DNA of 6,336 nt from a virus. Shown one piece after another: positions 1 to 5,225 of this stretch. Under the pieces are notes generated by a model. The model saw only the letters and a program-made list of their open reading frames with translations, did not search any database and was not told where the DNA came from. Each line of letters begins with the position of its first letter. The first letter of the stretch is position 1. The DNA lies in IMG/VR virus record IMGVR_UViG_3300045988_034117, positions 1-6,336 of that record; one strand, given 5' to 3'. Made by a program: the position numbers and the translations under genes.

Positions 1-55
1 ATTTTTCTCTTGATTTCGTTCGCTTCTTGCCTGCTACTTCTGATACTCCTATATC
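1..55. repeat. Terminal overlap copy 1 (identical to 6282-6336), marking circular closure
   Basis: Exact 55-nt identity between the two window ends, and the capsid reading frame is continuous through the junction. Confidence 0.97.
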
Positions 56-1298
56 TCCTTATTATGGAGCTTTTAATTCGGGTAAAGATGCTATTAAGAT
101 TTCGGCTTATCCCTTTCGCGCTTACGAAGCCATTTATAATGCGTATATTCGTAATACTCGTAATAATCCGTTCTTGCTTAATGGTAAAAAGACCTATAAT
201 CGTTGGATAACTTCCGAAGAAGGTGGTGCGGATTCTTCTACCCCTACCGCTTTGATGTATGCTAATTGGCAGTCTGATGCTTATACTACTGCCTTGACTT
301 CTCCGCAGCAAGGTATTGCTCCTCTCGTAGGTTTGACTACCTATGAATCTGTGACTGTTAATGAAGCTGGTCATGAGGTTACTACCGTCAATACTGCTAT
401 TGTTGACGAGGACGGTAATGCATTTAAGGTAGATTTTGAGAGTAACGGTGAGGCTCTTAAGGGTGTCAATTATACTCCTCTTAAGACTGGTGAGGCTGTT
501 AATATGCAGTCTCTTGTGTCTCCTGTTACCTCGGGTATCTCTATTAATGATTTTCGTAATGTTAATGCTTACCAGCGTTATCTCGAGCTTAATCAATTCC
601 GCGGATTTAGTTACAAAGAAATTATCGAAGGTCGTTTTGATGTCAATGTGCGTTATGATGCCCTTAATATGCCCGAGTACCTTGGTGGTATTACTCGTGA
701 CATTATAGTTAACCCTATCACGCAGACTGTTGAAACTGTTAATACGGGTGCTTATGTTGGTTCTTTAGGCTCACAGGCCGGTCTCGCGACTTGTTTTGGT
801 AATAGTGATGGCTCGATTTCTGTTTTTTGCGATGAGGAGAGCGTTGTCATGGGTGTTATGTATGTTATGCCTATGCCTGTTTATGATTCTGTTTTGCCTA
901 AGTGGCTTACTTATCGTGAACGTCTTGATTCGTTTAATCCCGAGTTTGATCATATTGGCTACCAGCCTATTTATCTTCGTGAGCTTTCTCCTCTTCAAGC
1001 TTATTCTGAGGGTAAGTCTCTTGATACTGTATTTGGTTATCAGCGTCCCTGGTATGAGTATGTGCAAAAGTATGATAGGGCTCACGGTCTTTTCTTATCC
1101 TCGTTGCGTAATTTTATTATGTTCCGCTCTTTTGAAAATGCGCCTGAATTAGGTAAGGAATTTACCGTTATGCAGCCCGGTTCTGTCAATAACGTGTTTT
1201 CTGTTACCGAGGTTTCTGATAAGATCTTGGGTCAGATACATTTTGATTGTACTGCCCAATTGCCTATATCTCGTGTTGTTGTTCCTCGTTTGGAATAA
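1..1298 (+). CDS. VP1: Major capsid protein (Microviridae VP1 / F-like), C-terminal part. It continues from 5225..6336 across the circular junction. The first full codon in the window starts at nt 3.
   Basis: The frame is open from window position 1 to TAA at 1296-1298, in phase with the ORF leaving the window at 6336 (unit length 6281). It carries conserved microvirus capsid motifs: YPFRAYEAIYNAYIRN (nt 108-155) and ISINDFRNVNAYQRYLELNQFRGFSYKEIIEGRFDV. The TTG at 27 in the ORF track is an internal Leu codon, not a start. Confidence 0.93.
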   Translation, partial: FSLDFVRFLPATSDTPISPYYGAFNSGKDAIKISAYPFRAYEAIYNAYIRNTRNNPFLLNGKKTYNRWITSEEGGADSSTPTALMYANWQSDAYTTALTSPQQGIAPLVGLTTYESVTVNEAGHEVTTVNTAIVDEDGNAFKVDFESNGEALKGVNYTPLKTGEAVNMQSLVSPVTSGISINDFRNVNAYQRYLELNQFRGFSYKEIIEGRFDVNVRYDALNMPEYLGGITRDIIVNPITQTVETVNTGAYVGSLGSQAGLATCFGNSDGSISVFCDEESVVMGVMYVMPMPVYDSVLPKWLTYRERLDSFNPEFDHIGYQPIYLRELSPLQAYSEGKSLDTVFGYQRPWYEYVQKYDRAHGLFLSSLRNFIMFRSFENAPELGKEFTVMQPGSVNNVFSVTEVSDKILGQIHFDCTAQLPISRVVVPRLE

Positions 1299-1323
1299 TT
1301 TGTAATTCTAATGTTTAATTAAT

Positions 1324-1356
1324 ACAATATCGGTGCTATTGTGCCGGTATTGTTTT
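1324..1356 (+). terminator. Terminator-like stem-loop downstream of the capsid gene
   Basis: ACAATATCGGTGC (1324-1336) pairs with GTGCCGGTATTGT (1341-1353). That is 13 pairs including 3 G-T/U wobbles, with a TATT loop, followed by a short T run (1353-1356). The short U-tract makes it at best a partial, attenuating terminator, as found after phiX174 structural genes. Confidence 0.4.
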
Positions 1357-1369
1357 AAAATTGTTTGTT

Positions 1370-1675
1370 ATGAAAGTGTTATCTCGTATTAATCCGTCTG
1401 AAACTTATCACCGTGTTTCTTGTCGGCGTGATTCCTGTGAGGATGTTGTAGTTTCCGGTTTGTCTATTACTCCCTCGGACATTGAACGCTTGGCTCGTCA
1501 AGGTGTTCCTGTTTCTGTTCCCAACGCTTCTAGCTTTTTTTCTGTTGATTCCGGTTTGGGTGTTCCTCCTGAATTGCGCGTTGATGCTGATAGAAATTCT
1601 CTTTGGGAGCTTTCTCAGGCCTCCAAGCGTCGTATTATGCAAGCTCGGCGTCGTGAAAAAGATTTATTAACTTAA
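1370..1675 (+). CDS. Hypothetical small protein (101 aa) with a basic C-terminal tail (KRRIMQARRREKD). It may be a scaffolding or DNA-binding accessory protein, but there is no recognisable family.
   Basis: ATG at 1370 (the track's TTG at 1361 is less likely). The NNT codon bias matches the capsid and Rep genes. The ORF is packed tightly between VP1 and VP2, with its stop 11 nt before the VP2 ATG. Confidence 0.6.
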   Translation: MKVLSRINPSETYHRVSCRRDSCEDVVVSGLSITPSDIERLARQGVPVSVPNASSFFSVDSGLGVPPELRVDADRNSLWELSQASKRRIMQARRREKDLLT

Positions 1676-1686
1676 AATTTGTTCTT

Positions 1687-2838
1687 ATGTCTGCTGCTGC
1701 ATTAACTGCTTTGCTTGGTTCCGGTACCGGTGGCGGCTCTCTTCTTAATGCTGGTGTCGGTGCTGCTTCTGGTCTTTTTGGGTTTATTGGTGCTAATAAG
1801 CGCCAAAAGCGCGCTATTGCTGCTCAGCGAGAGGAAAATCGTCTTGCTCGTGAATGGCAGAAAGATATGGCTGAATGGTATAACCGTGTTGAGCGTGAGA
1901 ATTTGGCTGATGAACGTGAGTATAATAGCCCCTCTGCTGTTATGGCGCGTTTGAAGGATGCCGGTTTAAATCCCGATTTGATTTACGGTAATGGTGCTTC
2001 CGGTCTTGTTGATTCTAACGTCGCTTCTGCTGCTATGCCCTCTTCTGTTCCGCCTGCTGATGTTGCTGGTCCTATTATGGGTACGCCTACTGCTATGGAG
2101 TCTCTTTTTCGAGGTGCTGCCTACGCGAAAACGCTTGCGGAAACGAAAAACATTAAGGCGGATACTTCGAAAAAAGAAGGTGAGGTTGCCTCTCTCAATA
2201 TTGATAATTTCGTTAAAGCTGCTACTACTGATAATGCTATAAAGTTATCAGGTTTAGAGGTCCAGTTAACTAAGGCACAAGCTGAATATACCTCTGAACA
2301 GAAAAGTAAGCTTATCTCCGAAATTAATGATATTAACGAGCATGTTAATTTGCTTAAGGCGCAGGTTTCTGAAACATGGTCTCGTACTGCAAATTTGGAT
2401 AGTGCTACCGTTCTTAATCGTACTACCGCTATACTTAATAATCGTCGTTTTGACCTCGAGTGTGAAGAGTTTGCACGTCGTGTACGTGAGACTGATGCAA
2501 AAGTTAATCTTTCCGAAGCCGAGGCAAAGAGTATTCTTGTGACCATGTATGCTAAAGTTAATAATATCGACACTGATACTGCCCTCAAACAGGCAAATAT
2601 CCGTCTTACGGATGCCCAAAAGACGCAAGTCGAACATTATACCAATAGCATAGATATACACCGTGATGCTGCTGTTTTTAAGCTCCAACAGGACCAAAAA
2701 TATGATGATGCCCAGCGCATCGTCACTGTAGCTAATCAGGCTACCCAGTCTCTTTATCACATTTCGCAAGTTGCCTCCGATTGGCTTCCGTCTCCTGGTG
2801 GCATTGCGAAAAAACTCCTGCGCTCCGGCAAGAAATAG
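1687..2838 (+). CDS. VP2: Minor capsid / DNA pilot protein (VP2, functional analogue of phiX174 H), 383 aa
   Basis: There is a Gly/Ala-rich hydrophobic N-terminus (MSAAALTALLGSGTGGGSLLNAGVGAASGLFGFIGA). The motif EREYNSPSAVMARLKDAGLNPDLIYGNG (nt 1912-1995) is typical of gokusho/alpa-type VP2. A long heptad-like helical segment follows (LEVQLTKAQAEYTSEQKSKLISEINDINEHVNLLKAQV). The position directly downstream of the capsid gene also fits. Confidence 0.85.
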   Translation: MSAAALTALLGSGTGGGSLLNAGVGAASGLFGFIGANKRQKRAIAAQREENRLAREWQKDMAEWYNRVERENLADEREYNSPSAVMARLKDAGLNPDLIYGNGASGLVDSNVASAAMPSSVPPADVAGPIMGTPTAMESLFRGAAYAKTLAETKNIKADTSKKEGEVASLNIDNFVKAATTDNAIKLSGLEVQLTKAQAEYTSEQKSKLISEINDINEHVNLLKAQVSETWSRTANLDSATVLNRTTAILNNRRFDLECEEFARRVRETDAKVNLSEAEAKSILVTMYAKVNNIDTDTALKQANIRLTDAQKTQVEHYTNSIDIHRDAAVFKLQQDQKYDDAQRIVTVANQATQSLYHISQVASDWLPSPGGIAKKLLRSGKK

Positions 2839-2912
2839 CTCGCTAATCGCCGTTAGGCGTACTCATTATCCATTAATGTAGCAAGCTGTAGGCGTGGCGA
2901 AATATACCAAAT

Positions 2913-2940
2913 GAGCGTGAGCGAATCGAGCGAAGCGAGC
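2913..2940 (+). repeat. Degenerate purine-rich tandem repeat (GAGCGA-like units)
   Basis: The sequence reads GAGCGt GAGCGAatc GAGCGA AGCGAGc. GAGCG occurs at 2913, 2919 and 2928, and AGCGA at 2920, 2929 and 2934. The complementary GCTCGCT lies at 2839-2845. Confidence 0.6.
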
Positions 2941-2993
2941 CAAGCGCGTTACAGGATAGATGTATCCGTGAATGCTAATGGTTCGCCTCGCTT
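2928..2993 (+). other. 66-nt nested imperfect hairpin (ssDNA or RNA structure)
   Basis: In the outer helix, 2928-2942 pairs with 2979-2993 over 15 positions, with one A-C mismatch and two G-T wobbles. The inner hairpin is GGATA (2954-2958), loop GATG, TATCC (2963-2967), extendable by 2 pairs with one bulge. Confidence 0.5.
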
Positions 2994-3002
2994 TGTCCGT
3001 TT

Positions 3003-3038
3003 ACCCTTAACAATAGACGCGCGCACCCTAAACCAATA
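3003..3038 (+). repeat. Imperfect direct repeats flanking an alternating CG core
   Basis: ACCCTTAACAATA (3003-3015), then GACGCGCGC (3016-3024), then ACCCTAAACCAATA (3025-3038). Confidence 0.45.
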
Positions 3039-3085
3039 AAAATAGATGAAGTTGTCCCACCGCGGTTAGAGCGGGCTCTGTCCCT

Positions 3086-3118
3086 CTTGATAATATAAGC
3101 GCAACTGACATGTTGACA
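3086..3118 (+). promoter_or_regulatory. Cluster of three YTGAYA motifs, including a CTTGATA core. It is a candidate Rep recognition and nick site (plus-strand origin), and overlaps a possible sigma70-type -35 box.
   Basis: TTGATA at 3087-3092, CTGACA at 3105-3110, TTGACA at 3113-3118. CTTGATAATATAA (3086-3098) resembles the phiX174 origin core CAACTTG/ATATTAATAAC as I recall it. CAACTGACA (3102-3110) is a second partial match. Confidence 0.3.
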
Positions 3119-3140
3119 TTGAAGTTGCAAATGTTACCTT
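3113..3140 (+). promoter_or_regulatory. Possible promoter: TTGACA, 16 nt, TGtTACCTT (extended -10-like)
   Basis: The -35 hexamer is perfect (3113-3118), but the -10 (TACCTT, 3135-3140) is weak, preceded by TG at 3132-3133. It points towards the 76-aa ORF and VP4. If the host is a Bacteroidota member, sigma70 consensus rules do not apply. Confidence 0.25.
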
Positions 3141-3160
3141 AGCATTCTATGAAAGAATAT

Positions 3161-3191
3161 ACCGTTATATGTTTTATAACATATAGTCGGT
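3161..3191. repeat. 31-nt inverted repeat / hairpin
   Basis: The structure is ACCG-T-TATATGTT-[TTAT]-AACATATA-GT-CGGT, with a perfect 8-bp inner stem plus a 4-bp outer stem. The sequence-level call is secure. The function (complementary-strand origin, recombination site or operator) is unknown. Confidence 0.8.
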
Positions 3192-3209
3192 TCTTGCTTT
3201 TATCCCTGG

Positions 3210-3231
3210 CATGATTTTATTTTGCATCATG
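3210..3231. repeat. Short inverted repeat: CATGAT, 10 nt, ATCATG
   Basis: A 6-bp perfect stem (3210-3215 with 3226-3231) and a T-rich 10-nt loop, about 25 nt upstream of the 76-aa ORF start. Confidence 0.5.
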
Positions 3232-3254
3232 TTAAACAATAATTTATTTAAGTC

Positions 3255-3485
3255 ATGGAAAGAAGATATCAAGGTGTTCTAAAATTTAAACGTTTTTTTG
3301 GTGTTAAGGCTGGTCGCTCTGTTTGGAAAGAGTCTTTTGTTAAGACACATGTTTATACCGGTCCTTTACTTGCTTCTTCCGAGCTTTTTTGGCTTCGTGA
3401 TTATATTGTACCTGCTACTGGTGCTCGTGTTGTTGGCTATTATGTTGATACTTTTCTTGATATGGATGAAAATTTGCCTTTGTAA
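3255..3485 (+). CDS. Hypothetical protein (76 aa), immediately upstream of the Rep gene
   Basis: ATG at 3255. About two thirds of its codons end in T, like the confirmed phage genes and unlike the adjacent non-coding DNA. Its TAA (3483-3485) lies 2 nt before the VP4 ATG (TAATTATG), which suggests translational coupling. I recognise no homology. Confidence 0.5.
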   Translation: MERRYQGVLKFKRFFGVKAGRSVWKESFVKTHVYTGPLLASSELFWLRDYIVPATGARVVGYYVDTFLDMDENLPL

Positions 3486-3487
3486 TT

Positions 3488-5035
3488 ATGGATATTAAAT
3501 GCCTACATCCCGTCATTCTTATCAATCCCGAGGCCCGTAAAAAGGCCTTGGATTTTGACCGTATTTATATTCGCAACCATTGTCAATGCTGGATCATGGA
3601 GACCTTTGTCCTCGAGCCTTGGCAATACTCCCCTAAAAAATGGTCTATTAAGCTATCCGATATAGAGCATTGTTACCTCCTAAATTCTGAAACTGGTGAT
3701 ATGATCCCCCTTTATGTTGCTGTCCCTTGTGGCTCTTGCATTATTTGTCGTAAACGTAAAGCTAATGCTTTAGCTACTCGAGCTATTATGGAGACAGAGA
3801 CTACTGGTTCTGCACCTCTTTTTATTACACTTACATATAATCCCGAACATCTACCTAAAAACGAATTTGGTTATGAAACACTTCGCAAGTCTGATTTACA
3901 GTTGTTTTTTAAGCGTTTACGCTCTTTACTTGATAATCAATCTATCCCTCATTCGCTGCGCTATCTCGCGTGTGGCGAATATGGCTCTAAAACCAAAAGA
4001 CCTCATTATCATTTACTTTTGTGGGGTTTCCCTGTTGCACATTTTAAGGATATACTTAAGGTCCAATCGTTTATACAAAAAGCGTGGTCTTATTTCCAAA
4101 TTGACGAAAACGGTAAACGCATACCTTTCTATAGTAAATGTCGCACCTGTCCGCTCAATCAATATAAAGAACGTAACTCCTGCTCGGCTGTTGCGCATCT
4201 ATGCACTGGCACGCGCTTACGTTATCCGTCAGGAGCTTTCATTTATCGTAGGTATCCCATCGGGTCGATAAAGGTTCTCCCTGCGAACTCTGGTGCTCCT
4301 GCTTATATTACTAAATACATGGTAAAAGGTTCTAATGCTCCTCATTCTACCTGTGAGCCTCCATTTCGTACCGCTTCTAACCGAGGTGGTGGTATTGGTT
4401 CTGCTTATATTCGCGCTCGAAAGGATGAGATTTTAAATAATCCTTCACTCGAAGCTCTTCCAGTCGTTGATCGTGTCACTGGCTCCGGTAAGCTCTTTTA
4501 TATGCCTATAGATTCATGGGTAAAATCTACATTAATTCCTTCCCCTTCATCTTATTTAAAAACGAAAGAATATGAGACAGTTCGCGATTTTTGTTACACT
4601 TTTACATTATTTGAGCAATGTGCCCAACAGTTATATCGTCTTTGGCCTATGGATCGCTTTATCGACGGTGAGTTACAATACTATACGGATGTATTCTGCG
4701 ATCCCCTCAAGCGCGAAAAATGGGCTGAGGCTTATGCTCATGTTCGTGAATATATTTCTCCTGCTGTGCCTAATATTAATATCGGTAATTGGATGAAAGA
4801 TCGTGAGTATTTTAATGAATATATGTATGTTTTAACAGAGCGTTTGGATATTTTATCACGAAAAGTTTTGGAGATTGAAATAGATGATTCGTATTTTCGC
4901 AGTCGAGAACAGTATTTAAAAACCCGTGTTGAGATATTTAAAAAAAAGTATGGTAACAAAAAAACAAATCTTGGCGCTCTTGCGGAAAATATTGCCCTCT
5001 CCATTGAGCGTAATAAATGGCGAGAGTACTTTTAA
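3488..5035 (+). CDS. VP4: Rolling-circle replication initiation protein (Microviridae VP4 / phiX174 gpA superfamily, HUH endonuclease), 515 aa
   Basis: Motif I is FITLTY (3821-3838). Motif II (HUH) is PHYHLLLWG, with H-Y-H at 4004-4012. Motif III is YITKYMVK (4304-4327), with two Tyr spaced Y-x-x-x-Y as in phiX174 gpA. The N-terminal CLHP and the CGSCIICRKRK cysteine cluster are typical of VP4 proteins. Confidence 0.93.
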   Translation: MDIKCLHPVILINPEARKKALDFDRIYIRNHCQCWIMETFVLEPWQYSPKKWSIKLSDIEHCYLLNSETGDMIPLYVAVPCGSCIICRKRKANALATRAIMETETTGSAPLFITLTYNPEHLPKNEFGYETLRKSDLQLFFKRLRSLLDNQSIPHSLRYLACGEYGSKTKRPHYHLLLWGFPVAHFKDILKVQSFIQKAWSYFQIDENGKRIPFYSKCRTCPLNQYKERNSCSAVAHLCTGTRLRYPSGAFIYRRYPIGSIKVLPANSGAPAYITKYMVKGSNAPHSTCEPPFRTASNRGGGIGSAYIRARKDEILNNPSLEALPVVDRVTGSGKLFYMPIDSWVKSTLIPSPSSYLKTKEYETVRDFCYTFTLFEQCAQQLYRLWPMDRFIDGELQYYTDVFCDPLKREKWAEAYAHVREYISPAVPNINIGNWMKDREYFNEYMYVLTERLDILSRKVLEIEIDDSYFRSREQYLKTRVEIFKKKYGNKKTNLGALAENIALSIERNKWREYF

Positions 5036-5225
5036 TCTCGTAGTGTGTTACATTGTATATGCACTCGTTGTTATTGTTCTTTCGCTTTTGCTTTGGTTCT
5101 TGCCGTCGTGTACGGTAACTCTTTCTGTACAAAAGAATAATAATAACTCTACTCAATCGAGTGAGAGTAGTTCTTCTTCTTCTGTAGATTCTACGACTAT
5201 TTTTCAACCTCAAACATTTAAGTAA
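4950..5225 (+). CDS. Hypothetical small membrane protein (91 aa from ATG 4950). It has one predicted transmembrane helix and a Ser/Asn-rich tail, and is a candidate lysis or membrane-targeting protein.
   Basis: The ORF fills the whole VP4-VP1 gap (5036-5224) without a stop and ends in TAATG overlapping the VP1 start. The hydrophobic stretch FNLVVCYIVYALVVIVLSLLLWFLP is encoded at about 5031-5105, downstream of the VP4 stop apart from its first codon, which spans it, so it is not an overlapping-frame artefact. About 36 of 63 codons after the VP4 stop end in T. The start is uncertain (ATG 4950 inside VP4, or GTG 5043). Confidence 0.45.
   Translation: MVTKKQILALLRKILPSPLSVINGESTFNLVVCYIVYALVVIVLSLLLWFLPSCTVTLSVQKNNNNSTQSSESSSSSSVDSTTIFQPQTFK

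Larger units (their letters stand above)
2839..3254. other. Large non-coding region between VP2 and the 76-aa ORF (candidate origin, regulatory or integration module)
   Basis: No ORF of 60 aa or more on either strand. The only notable short ORF (2911-3039, 42 aa) lacks the phage NNT codon bias. The region is dense in repeats and hairpins, listed separately. Confidence 0.75.

Noticed and set aside
27-29. TTG/GTG starts used by the ORF track (27 for the 423-aa ORF, 1361, 4926).
   Set aside because: Position 27 is an internal Leu codon of the wrapped capsid gene. The starts at 1361 and 4926 have in-frame ATGs shortly downstream (1370, 4950), which are more plausible.
1-55. The 55-nt terminal direct repeat as a biological DTR or packaging signal.
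   Set aside because: The capsid ORF reads straight through the junction and microviruses package circular ssDNA. An exact k-mer-length overlap is the expected signature of a circular assembly.
3003-3033. CCCTTAA / CCCTAAA strings resembling telomeric repeat complements.
   Set aside because: There are only two imperfect copies in a circular phage genome. They are better described as short direct repeats flanking the CGCGCGC core.
2911-3039. A 42-aa ORF (MSVSESSEASQARYRIDVSVNANGSPRFVRLPLTIDARTLNQ) in the non-coding island.
   Set aside because: Only about 9 of 42 codons end in T, against roughly two thirds in the real genes. Its Ser/Glu-rich start is simply the GAGCGA repeat read in frame. It is short and has no recognisable domain. 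I kept it only as a remote possibility of a foreign micro-ORF.
3064-3072. GGTTAGAGC, identical to the 3' half of a typical tRNA D-arm, which hints at a tRNA or a tRNA-derived att site.
   Set aside because: There is no complementary GCTC 5' half upstream, no anticodon or T-arm (GTTCGAATC-type) in the right positions, and no acceptor stem. I treat it as coincidence.
3144-3158. A small hairpin: ATTCT, loop ATGAA, AGAAT.
   Set aside because: It is only 5 AT-rich base pairs, which is unlikely to be stable or significant on its own.
3229-3236. ATGTTAAA, resembling the XerD-binding arm (TTATGTTAAAT) of E. coli dif.
   Set aside because: The upstream sequence gives a poor match to the central region and XerC arm. 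An 8-mer match in AT-rich DNA is weak evidence. I mention it only as context for the 3161-3191 hairpin.
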